Sequence record: OZ240615.1
DNA length: 64,000 bases
Direction: 5' to 3' (one strand)
Positions 51,834-59,231 of the stretch are shown here, piece by piece. Within the stretch, counting starts at the first letter, position 1. Every line of letters begins with the position of its first letter. The notes under the pieces were generated by a model that saw only the letters and a program-made list of their open reading frames with translations, was not told where the DNA came from and made no database searches. A program made the position numbers and the translations under genes.

Positions 51834-52047
51834 TGTTTAGGCTCTCTATTTGATAATCAAACCGAATGTCATTTATTCTTGGAGTTGTTCTGACCGTGAA
51901 AGAGTGGCAAAAGCAATCGTCACTAACTATCGGTTTAAAAAGTAAGTTGGGATTTTCAAATTTCAATGGGTTAGTAATGGCAGCAGATAATACAGAATTA
52001 ATCTGCATACCCACGAAAATACTGATTGCGTTCTTAACGAACATCAT
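51775..52047 (-). CDS. Small hypothetical protein
   Basis: 90 aa, strong AGGAGG RBS. Confidence 0.55.
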   Translation of the reverse strand: MMFVKNAISIFVGMQINSVLSAAITNPLKFENPNLLFKPIVSDDCFCHSFTVRTTPRINDIRFDYQIESLNNEHDRTFTYASLRRKPLPD

Positions 52048-52222
52048 TCCTCCTTTGGTTTAATTCTGTTCTGGTCGGTTTTTCAGCATCAATAGGCTCC
52101 AACCAAAAATGATTACATTCCCTACATTCCCAAGTTATTTCATTGTCTTCCTCATCGTAGACCTGAGAGCAATTCATAGCTTGACAAATAGGGCAATCTA
52201 CCTCCGTCCATTGTATTGTCAT
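52034..52222 (-). CDS. Small zinc-ribbon protein
   Basis: CPIC and CREC motifs; ATGA overlap with the upstream GNAT gene. Confidence 0.7.
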   Translation of the reverse strand: MTIQWTEVDCPICQAMNCSQVYDEEDNEITWECRECNHFWLEPIDAEKPTRTELNQRRNDVR

Positions 52223-52695
52223 GGTTTTACACACATGTATTTGGTCTGCTCCAGGAAACCCTGAGACTCATAGAATTTCTGAGCAGAAGTATTGTAAAGG
52301 TGTACCGATAAACTAACCTGATCGATAGCTAGGTGTTTTGCGAACATCCTAACCTGATTCACTAATGCTTTACCGTAACCGTTACGACGATAAAGACGTT
52401 TAACGTAAAGATAACTAATCGACATCCAGTTAACACTACCGTTAGCGATAGGCTGCGTATATTCAACAAACCCGACTACTTCTTCTTTATTTACCGCTAA
52501 GAGGATATTAGTCTGGTCCGTCCAACGATCGATCAGTCTTTCCGTTTTCTTCTCGTTGGTGAGAATATCTAGGTTACTCCGGGATTTCCAGAACGTGGCC
52601 TCTTTTTTATCCATGTCATGGAACATCTCTAAAAGTTCTTTTTCGTACTTGGCGGTTTCTGGGTCTTCTGGACCGAGTAATAAAACAAATTCCAT
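52219..52695 (-). CDS. GNAT-family acetyltransferase
   Basis: LYVKRLYRRNGYGKALV and AQKFYESQGF motifs; start MEFVLL with AGGAG RBS. Confidence 0.85.
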   Translation of the reverse strand: MEFVLLLGPEDPETAKYEKELLEMFHDMDKKEATFWKSRSNLDILTNEKKTERLIDRWTDQTNILLAVNKEEVVGFVEYTQPIANGSVNWMSISYLYVKRLYRRNGYGKALVNQVRMFAKHLAIDQVSLSVHLYNTSAQKFYESQGFLEQTKYMCVKP

Positions 52696-52877
52696 TGATT
52701 CTCTCCTAGTTGATGGCATAAAGGGAAGAGCTTACGCCCCTCCCTCAGCCCGAGTAATTGAATGTCTCACGACAAGCAACGTCGTATTGTTGCCACGCTG
52801 ATTTCTCAGACGAAGCTACCGCGCTGGCATCGCAGTTCGGTTAACAGGTGGTGCTGTTCATAGAAAAGAAACCACCG

Positions 52878-53741
52878 TTATTTTTTAATTGAATCATTTA
52901 TTAGACGAAAAAAATCGACAACGGCCTGCTGGACGCAGCGAATTGGGGTCAGGTAAACTAACTCAGCGGTCAGTCCATTACCTTCTACATCTACTGCGAC
53001 GCCAATAGAACAAATCTCTTCGTTATTGATATCTACTTTGTCGCTTTGCCAGATTCCCGCATCGCTATCAATTCCTGGCTCGTCAAAAAATTTCAAATTA
53101 TCCCAGTCTTCAACAAAAACAGAGCTGGTCTTCAGGATCTCCAGTGCTACAGGAACGCATTTGGCAATTTCTTCCGGTGATAATATCACTCCTAATGCGT
53201 TACTATTAAACGTATTAGACCTTTCAATTTTTCCGTTTTGCGCTACTTTAATCGTACACCCTCCGAACAACGGTTTAGAATAATGTAAACCAGCAGCGGG
53301 GTTTTTCACTTTTCCGTAGATGTCAATAATGGCTTTATTGGGGTCAGGAATCTTACCCTCGGAATATGCCTTTTCTATTTTGTCTCGCGTTGCATGAATA
53401 GATTCGGCGTACTGTTTCAGTCTTTTCGCGCCTTCCACCGCGAAATGTTTGGTCTCATTGTAGGTACGTTCTAACGCAGCTTCGAAGTCTGTGGGTACCT
53501 TATTATCTAACGTCAAATGAGACCAAAGTTTGTTATTTTTGTCAATTACCAGATGATTTTTGTTCCAGGAAGGATTACCGAAAGTTTGACTAAGCTTATC
53601 GCTATTTTTTAGCAGAAAGAATAGCGCCTTTTCGGTTTCATCGGGGATATCCATCCTCTCTACTTTCGCGCCAAAAAATTTGTTCACTAACCCTTCATTA
53701 CTGGGTCTACTCCGGCTAAGTACCTTTGATCTCAATGTCAT
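52878..53741 (-). CDS. Probable head/virion protein (inner-head paralog outside the main cluster)
   Basis: MTLRSKVLSRSRPSNE/G N-terminus shares the K/R-VL-x-R plus S-x-E pattern with the inner-head genes. Confidence 0.6.
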   Translation of the reverse strand: MTLRSKVLSRSRPSNEGLVNKFFGAKVERMDIPDETEKALFFLLKNSDKLSQTFGNPSWNKNHLVIDKNNKLWSHLTLDNKVPTDFEAALERTYNETKHFAVEGAKRLKQYAESIHATRDKIEKAYSEGKIPDPNKAIIDIYGKVKNPAAGLHYSKPLFGGCTIKVAQNGKIERSNTFNSNALGVILSPEEIAKCVPVALEILKTSSVFVEDWDNLKFFDEPGIDSDAGIWQSDKVDINNEEICSIGVAVDVEGNGLTAELVYLTPIRCVQQAVVDFFRLINDSIKK

Positions 53742-53743
53742 AA

Positions 53744-53896
53744 TCAACTACCCAGTTTGTCAACGACTTTGTCTTTCACTTCGTTAAACTTGTCAGCGAC
53801 TTTATCCAGGGTAGGATCCATTTTCGCTTTGTGTTTACGGTAAACAAAGATTGCGATGACCGCAACAACCAGAACACCTGCAATAGTACCAATCAT
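53744..53896 (-). CDS. 50-aa single-pass membrane protein
   Basis: Read manually: MIGTIAGVLVVAVIAIFVYRKHKAKMDPTLDKVADKFNEVKDKVVDKLGS; AAAGG RBS. Confidence 0.7.
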   Translation of the reverse strand: MIGTIAGVLVVAVIAIFVYRKHKAKMDPTLDKVADKFNEVKDKVVDKLGS

Positions 53897-53946
53897 GGTA
53901 TTTTACCTTTAAAAAAATAAGATTAACTGATTCATAAAAATAACAG

Positions 53947-53975
53947 CATAAAGAGAGGACCTTCCGGTCCTCTCT
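53947..53975 (-). terminator. Hairpin ending the tRNA/ncRNA transcript, followed by TATG
   Basis: AGAGAGGACC/GGTCCTCTCT at 53952-53975. Confidence 0.75.
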
Positions 53976-54114
53976 CGTACTGACTTATCGTCAAAAGGAT
54001 CTCAGTGTTTAGCTCATAAATGACTTATCGCACATCATCCTTTTCATGTTAAGGTCGCCACCGAAACATGTTTATTCTCGGCTATACGAGTTAGCTTAAT
54101 TTCCAGATTTTTAA

Positions 54115-54340
54115 TACTCGATCCCTTCTACGTTGGAGAAATGGATCGAATAGGGTGACGCCCCCGGACATTTTTGCCGGCTCCTTGCACCTCTTTCGCC
54201 GGAATCCCCGGCTGAGGTCTATGGTCTATGGCCGCCTATTTTCGCTCTAAGGCGTAGGCCGCCGAAAATGACAGGCGTCATAATTAGTACCCCTCGGCCG
54301 ATTCCGCGGCGCGTTTAACCGGCGGGTCGCCGAAGTCTTT
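54115..54340 (-). ncRNA. Candidate GC-rich structured RNA of unknown class
   Basis: No ORF; nested helices TGACGCC/GGCGTCA, ACCTC/GAGGT, GCCGG/CCGGC, GCCTA/TAGGC, TCGATCC/GGATCGA. Confidence 0.5.
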
Positions 54341-54495
54341 GTCTCCCAGAGTTACCAATAAGTTATTGCTCATTGGACAAATCATTCGGGTTACGATCCC
54401 GAACTCCCTTAGCTAACAAGCCTCTACTACTGAGCAGGAATCTAACCTGCACTCTCTGTAAACAATATCACTTGACTAGAGTAGTATTGTAAAGG

Positions 54496-54603
54496 TGGTT
54501 GATAGGTACCGAATCGAACGGCTATCTCGGGCTCCCATGTTAAGGCGCCCCTCGCATGGGAGGGGGCCTAATGCCCGCGCTTTACCTTTAAGCTAGCCTA
54601 TCA
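54496..54603 (-). ncRNA. tRNA-like RNA with 40-nt pseudoknot-capable anticodon loop
   Basis: Acceptor TGATAGG/CCTATCA plus A-CCA, D arm, stem CGGGC/GCCCG, T loop TTCGATT; 108 nt. Confidence 0.8.
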
Positions 54604-54612
54604 TTGAAAATG

Positions 54613-54687
54613 CGACTCCTCCAGGACTTGAACCTGGGACCTACGGTTTAACAGACCGCCGCTACTAACCAACTGAGCTAAGGAGTC
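54613..54687 (-). tRNA. trnN: tRNA-Asn(GTT), CCA not encoded
   Basis: Cloverleaf; GCGGT-CT GTT AA-ACCGT; discriminator G. Confidence 0.9.
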
Positions 54688-54693
54688 ATTATT

Positions 54694-54795
54694 TGGTTGT
54701 TCCCGACCGGGTATGATCCGGTAACCTCCTGCTAAGCAGTGGGCGGCACAGTGGCCGCCGATGCAGGCGCTCTACCTAGTTGAGCTACGAGAACA
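54694..54795 (-). ncRNA. tRNA-like RNA with 30-nt hairpin-containing anticodon loop and 8-bp acceptor stem
   Basis: TGTTCTCG/CGGGAACA plus A-CCA, D arm GCTC/GAGC, stem CCTGC/GCAGG, T arm ACCGG-ATCATAC-CCGGT; 102 nt. Confidence 0.8.
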
Positions 54796-54802
54796 TTGTA
54801 TC

Positions 54803-54878
54803 TGGAGCAAGCAGCGAGGTTCGAACTCGCGACCTATGACTTGGAAGGACATCGCTCTACCAACTGAGCTATGCTTGC
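54803..54878 (-). tRNA. trnG: tRNA-Gly(TCC)
   Basis: Cloverleaf, U73, CCA; one T.T mismatch in the anticodon stem. Confidence 0.9.
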
Positions 54879-54887
54879 TTTATTGAG

Positions 54888-54959
54888 CAGAAGCACCTAG
54901 ATTCGAACTAGGGGTACGGAGATCAAAGCCCCGGGCCTTAACCGCTTGGCTATGCTTCT
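54888..54959 (-). tRNA. trnQ: tRNA-Gln(TTG), CCA not encoded
   Basis: Cloverleaf; CGGGG-CT TTG AT-CTCCG; G73. Confidence 0.88.
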
Positions 54960-54966
54960 ATGCGTT

Positions 54967-55050
54967 TGGTGGGGAAGGGTAGATTCGAACTACCGAAGCC
55001 GAAGCAGCAGATTTACAGTCTGACCCATTTGACCACTCTGGAACTTCCCC
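54967..55050 (-). tRNA. trnY: tRNA-Tyr(GTA)
   Basis: Cloverleaf with long variable arm, CT GTA AA loop, A-CCA. Confidence 0.92.
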
Positions 55051-55233
55051 TGAATTTGGGGCCCGATTATTTCAGCGCTGCATTCTTTACTCTCGGGCCA
55101 AGGAGCACTATTAGTTTCTTCTCAGGGCGTATTGTTTTCCCTCTGAGACTTGCGCAATGTTTGAACATGTTGATTGTTGTCTTAACATTCCGGAGAGAAA
55201 GTTACAATCTTTGTTCACAAGATATTGATTTAC

Positions 55234-55593
55234 TTAATTTTTGATCTGCGCATCAGGATTCCCATTAACCGACAGCCAAATATCGGCAACTAAAAGAATC
55301 TGTCCGCCATACTGATTGACCTGCTGCCACCCATTCTTTTTAGCGGCAACTGTAATCATTGATAAAAATTGATTTTTCCAATGACTTTGATAAATCTGGG
55401 AATGATGAATTATTCGGCGGTTTTCAAACTTCTCGATAGTCTCAAATTCTTTCGTCGCGCTGATCATAGCAAAAACATCTTTAGACTTGATCAAATAAGC
55501 AGGGTCATTAATAGACCGATCGGAAGCTAAAGGAAGACGAGAAGAAATATGGTCAACGTCTTCTTGATTGTGTGCAAACGTTACGTCGTTCAT
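55234..55593 (-). CDS. Hypothetical protein within the tRNA cluster
   Basis: 119 aa, AAAGG RBS. Confidence 0.65.
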   Translation of the reverse strand: MNDVTFAHNQEDVDHISSRLPLASDRSINDPAYLIKSKDVFAMISATKEFETIEKFENRRIIHHSQIYQSHWKNQFLSMITVAAKKNGWQQVNQYGGQILLVADIWLSVNGNPDAQIKN

Positions 55594-55675
55594 TTTTACT
55601 TTTACCTTTTACAAGTTAGCGGTCTAAACCAAAATAGGAAGACCAACAAAAACTGTGGGATGAATAATAATGAAG

Positions 55676-55749
<74 letters not shown>

Positions 55750-55754
55750 GTAGA

Positions 55755-55839
55755 TGGTGCCCAGGGCGGGGCTCGAACCCGCACGCGATAAAGCGAGGGA
55801 TTTTAAATCCCTTGTGTCTGCCGATTTCACCACCTGGGC
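55755..55839 (-). tRNA. trnL: tRNA-Leu(TAA)
   Basis: Cloverleaf with long variable arm; AGGGA-TT TAA AA-TCCCT; A-CCA. Confidence 0.93.
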
Positions 55840-55844
55840 AAATA

Positions 55845-55884
55845 TGGTGGGTCCAGCAGGTTTTGAACCTGCGACCTATAGCTT
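55845..55884 (-). pseudogene. Orphan tRNA 3' half (starts at the anticodon loop)
   Basis: AA-GCTAT-AGGTC-GCAGG TTCAAAA CCTGC-TGGACCC-A-CCA; no matching 5' half found nearby. Confidence 0.75.
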
Positions 55885-56337
55885 AGGTTTTATGTTTCCT
55901 TTTTGGCAACCTTTACGGTATTCTTCTAAATTAAAAACACCATTTACTGAGTATTTTACAATAGTAGCAAAAGGCAGTCCGGTAAAAAGAGATGCATCCC
56001 GAATACTATCATAAACCCACCCATCGATGGTCCATGTCATTCTTAATTTATCTGACCCATCACGGTGTGCATCTTTACTATCGTAATAATTATTGAGGTG
56101 AGTCCCTTTTTCGACGTGGTCGGGATTACAACACCTACGATTGTTGCATTTATGTCTAACGAGCATATCTTCTGGAATTTCCCCTTTAGACATTGCATAG
56201 GCTAGTCTATGGACATTCCATTTTACTTTATTAATATTTATCTGCCCGTAACCTTGACTTGTAGATTTTGTCCAGTTCCAACAACCCGTTTCTTTATCGA
56301 TATCAATTTTGTCTTTTACAATATCGTAAAAGTTCAT
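55876..56337 (-). CDS. Free-standing HNH homing endonuclease
   Basis: CWNW...HRLAY...VRHKCNNRRCCNPDHVEKGTHLNN (HNH) plus C-terminal NUMOD1-like DNA-binding segment (YDSIRDASLFTGL). Confidence 0.88.
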   Translation of the reverse strand: MNFYDIVKDKIDIDKETGCWNWTKSTSQGYGQININKVKWNVHRLAYAMSKGEIPEDMLVRHKCNNRRCCNPDHVEKGTHLNNYYDSKDAHRDGSDKLRMTWTIDGWVYDSIRDASLFTGLPFATIVKYSVNGVFNLEEYRKGCQKGNIKPKL

Positions 56338-56359
56338 AAAGTGATTCTCTTAATGATAA

Positions 56360-56435
56360 TGGTGGCCCTGGCGGGATTCAAACCCGCGACCAAGCGATTA
56401 TGAGTCGCCTGCGCTAATCACTGCGCCACAGGGCC
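56360..56435 (-). tRNA. trnI: tRNA-Ile2(CAT, lysidine type)
   Basis: Cloverleaf closely resembling enterobacterial ileX (GGCCC...GGCGA-CT CAT AA-TCGCT...GGGCC-A-CCA). Confidence 0.85.
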
Positions 56436-56487
56436 AAAAAACGATCTTTTATTAAGAGCACATAAATGTACCCTTTGTAAAATACCG

Positions 56488-56652
56488 TCAGCTAGATTGT
56501 TTCTTTTTCTTTCTGAAAGCTAACTGCACATAAATAGCAATTGCACCAGCAAGAATAATAAGCAGGACAATGTCAATCAACACACCTGCCATTCGAAACA
56601 ATACTAAAAAGATGACGGCCAGTATTATTAACCAGCCGATCTTTTTCAGCAT
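56488..56652 (-). CDS. 54-aa two-TM membrane protein
   Basis: Read manually: MLKKIGWLIILAVIFLVLFRMAGVLIDIVLLIILAGAIAIYVQLAFRKKKKQSS; starts 3 nt after the TAXI stop. Confidence 0.7.
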   Translation of the reverse strand: MLKKIGWLIILAVIFLVLFRMAGVLIDIVLLIILAGAIAIYVQLAFRKKKKQSS

Positions 56653-56655
56653 AAC

Positions 56656-57513
56656 TTATTTCCCTGACGCTGTACCCTGAATACGCGCAGAGTTCTTCAG
56701 AAGAATTGTAGAGGCGTCTTCCAGTAACTGATCGCTATCGCCGGAGGTGTTTGCTACCACCAGGGTTTTAGTGCAAGGTACTTTTACTGTCGAGTTAAAG
56801 ATAATACCCGAGTCAGTAGTTGCCTTTTCGATCGTGTATACCGCTTTACCGTTTGGCAGTTTTGCATCGGCGTTCCAGGAATTGAAATCAATGATTTCCA
56901 GTCCGGAGTCTTTTTGCATAACAGCATCAAGGAACTTATTGTTTCGATCAGGCGCTGAGACCCAGAGGAATGCATCGTACTCGCCGGTATTCACTTTAGC
57001 CAAGGACCGGATACCGCCCTTAGCGTAGGTTTCAACTTTCGCGTAGTTCTTTTCCAGAGTTTGGAGATACTGCCATGAGGCATAAGATCCGGAGGTGGGT
57101 TCGCCAACCGCTATCTTGGTCCCTTCCTTCAGGTCACCTTTGCTTGTGACCTTACCGTCTTTCTTGACGGCAACGAAAACGCACTCGGAAGCCAGTTCGC
57201 CGATGATGTCAACGTTCTGTGCTTCATTAGCATGGCGTGAACGCCAGAACTGATACGCGTCAGCTTGAGTAAAACCGATAGTTGCTTCACCGGCGGCGAC
57301 ACGATCCAGATTATCGAGTGATCCTTTAGAAGGGAGCACAGTGGTCTGATAGCCGTATTCGCCGAGAGCGCTGGCTAAGTTAACACCGTATGTGGCGTTA
57401 TACGTCAGACCTTGTTGACCGGTCGTGATAACAACTTTGTCAGGTGCCGCAGAGGCACCAACGGAAAGGCAAAGCAACGCTACCGAAAACACGGCAAAAG
57501 CAAGTTTCTTCAT
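56656..57513 (-). CDS. TAXI-family TRAP solute-binding (periplasmic) protein
   Basis: Signal peptide; ITTGQQGLTY, SKGSLDNLDRV...IGFTQAD and IAVGEPTSGS motifs typical of TAXI receptors. Confidence 0.8.
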   Translation of the reverse strand: MKKLAFAVFSVALLCLSVGASAAPDKVVITTGQQGLTYNATYGVNLASALGEYGYQTTVLPSKGSLDNLDRVAAGEATIGFTQADAYQFWRSRHANEAQNVDIIGELASECVFVAVKKDGKVTSKGDLKEGTKIAVGEPTSGSYASWQYLQTLEKNYAKVETYAKGGIRSLAKVNTGEYDAFLWVSAPDRNNKFLDAVMQKDSGLEIIDFNSWNADAKLPNGKAVYTIEKATTDSGIIFNSTVKVPCTKTLVVANTSGDSDQLLEDASTILLKNSARIQGTASGK

Positions 57514-57539
57514 TTGTCAATTTCCTTGAAGGGTGTCAA

Positions 57540-58020
57540 TGCGGTTTACCCGCTAAGAGATTTGAGCGGATGACGAGTTGGCCCAACATTTGTATCAACC
57601 TGCGTCTACTAAAAAGGGCTTGCCTTTGTTTCGTGCTACCTGTAAGGGTTTAAGGTTAAGTTTGTTGCAAGTCATCCGCTCAAAAGGGTGATGCTTTCTG
57701 TAAGTTTCAGCTCATTCCATTCTTTGGTTTCCGGGCCACAGTAGGATTAAAGGTGAAAGGTCTGCTGGAACAGATTTTCTTACAGAAAGACATCGATAAT
57801 AAAAAAACAGGCTTCGAGAAAAAGAGAGTTAGCTATGGGAGTTTAACTACATCGAAGCCTGGTTGGAAAATGTGTCGTTGTCTCCCCGATGAGGGGAGAA
57901 CCGTAAAGCAAATGTTCTTATCTTTCCAGCCAGCCCGCTATCGAGATAATCCGAATATGAACAATCGCTTTTTGACGTTATTTCGTAACGACGAGAGTTT
58001 ACTACCGTGAAAGGAACCTT
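57540..58020. ncRNA. Candidate about 480-nt multi-domain structured RNA or long 5' leader of the TAXI gene
   Basis: Perfect long-range inverted repeats of 14, 10, 10 and 7 bp in tandem; no convincing ORF. Confidence 0.55.
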
Positions 58021-58024
58021 TGGT

Positions 58025-58195
58025 TCATAACTCTGATGACTGAGTAAATTTTAACCAAAGTGGTAAAGGTACTTTCTGGAATTCCGTTCCTTGGCACTCA
58101 TTGCAGACTAACGGCTCTTCTTTGATTTTCCAGCGCTCAAGTTGTTTCTTCGTGGCTGGGGTTAAACAATTTACGCATTGCATTTCCACTGCCAT
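58025..58195 (-). CDS. Small zinc-ribbon protein
   Basis: CVNC and CNEC motifs; start MAVEMQ with GAAGG RBS. Confidence 0.65.
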   Translation of the reverse strand: MAVEMQCVNCLTPATKKQLERWKIKEEPLVCNECQGTEFQKVPLPLWLKFTQSSEL

Positions 58196-58206
58196 AAATT
58201 TGCCTT

Positions 58207-59094
58207 CTAGATAAAAGACCAATCTTCCCATTCGGGACGTTTAGAGTAACAACGAGCATAAACTTCCTTTGGTTGAATATTCTCTCCCTGAGAACACTTA
58301 AAAGCATTAGCATATTCGTTCTTACCAGCTTTTACTCGGCGACGGTAATTTGGGTTGTTTTTACTTTGTGAATTATTCGCCTGGCGAGATTCATTGTATT
58401 TATCCTTCCAATGACTTTTAACTTTCCGGTCCGGGCCATAGTCATCAGAACGTTCTTCAATCACAACAGGAAACCCTTGTCGCGTCTCTTTCCACCAGAC
58501 AGAGAATCCCTTCGAGACATCCCAATTTTGATTTGGGTAATGACAAGACAGAAAACGGGACGCTAATCTTTTAATGGGTGTAAGATCAAAAGCAGTTTGT
58601 AACACCTTGCTGGAATGTATTCCCATCCGTAAAAATTCTTCCGTTTGTACTACAGCATGTCTCGGCATACGAGACACTTCGCTGTAATAAACATTAGAGT
58701 CTTTAGGATGGAAAATGACGACGCCTTCAATCGTTTTGTCCTTTACATCCGGAATTTTAATTAAACCAATATCATTCCAGTTAGGGAAATGTTTACCTTG
58801 ACGATTGGCGAAGTGGAGCCATAATTCATTTTCTTTCCACTCCGCTTTTTGTAAATTAAAGCCTAAGGTTACTTTCGTCAGCTGCTCTTTAAATGTATCA
58901 AGAAAAGCCTGATAAAGTTCAAAGAACTCCGTGGTCAGTTTCACTTCGTTACGCGAAACAAACTGTTGTGCGGACCATTCAAGTAAGCAACGACCAAGAA
59001 TTTCCCAGTCTTTATTTTCATCAGAGAAAGCAGATATCATTTTACGGAGCCTCTGGCTCAACGTCAAAATGATAATCGTAGTTGAGTCAGTCAT
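58207..59094 (-). CDS. Hypothetical protein
   Basis: 295 aa, GAGG RBS. Confidence 0.7.
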   Translation of the reverse strand: MTDSTTIIILTLSQRLRKMISAFSDENKDWEILGRCLLEWSAQQFVSRNEVKLTTEFFELYQAFLDTFKEQLTKVTLGFNLQKAEWKENELWLHFANRQGKHFPNWNDIGLIKIPDVKDKTIEGVVIFHPKDSNVYYSEVSRMPRHAVVQTEEFLRMGIHSSKVLQTAFDLTPIKRLASRFLSCHYPNQNWDVSKGFSVWWKETRQGFPVVIEERSDDYGPDRKVKSHWKDKYNESRQANNSQSKNNPNYRRRVKAGKNEYANAFKCSQGENIQPKEVYARCYSKRPEWEDWSFI

Positions 59095-59145
59095 ATTGCC
59101 CTCGTTTTACAGTCTTCTACACTAAAAGACTGTACCGTAAAAAAG

Positions 59146-59179
59146 CATAATAGAGAGAAGGGTTTAAACCCTTCTCTCT
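59146..59179 (-). terminator. Terminator after the permuted tRNA-like RNAs
   Basis: AGAGAGAAGGGTT/AACCCTTCTCTCT at 59152-59179; TATG at 59149-59146. Confidence 0.75.
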
Positions 59180-59231
59180 CGAGTTTGTTTGTCAAAAAGC
59201 GGTCTCTTTGAGAAAGAAACTTTTAGGGAAG

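Noticed and set aside
52745-52877. About 130-nt intergenic segment upstream of the GNAT gene
   Set aside because: Only short, ambiguous pairings; not enough support for a structured RNA call.
54496-54795. Group I or archaeal-type introns in the two expanded tRNA-like genes
   Set aside because: The excess is only 33 and 23 nt, no bulge-helix-bulge is evident, and rejoined loops would be non-canonical (A32; pyrimidine 37 in one). Splicing is not excluded but is unsupported.
55845-56360. HNH-encoding group I intron inside a tRNA
   Set aside because: No 5' exon and no room for intron core helices around the ORF.
57444-58010. Plus-strand ORFs 57444-57653 and 57753-58010
   Set aside because: Opposite to all neighbouring genes, weak or no RBS, overlap the structured region.
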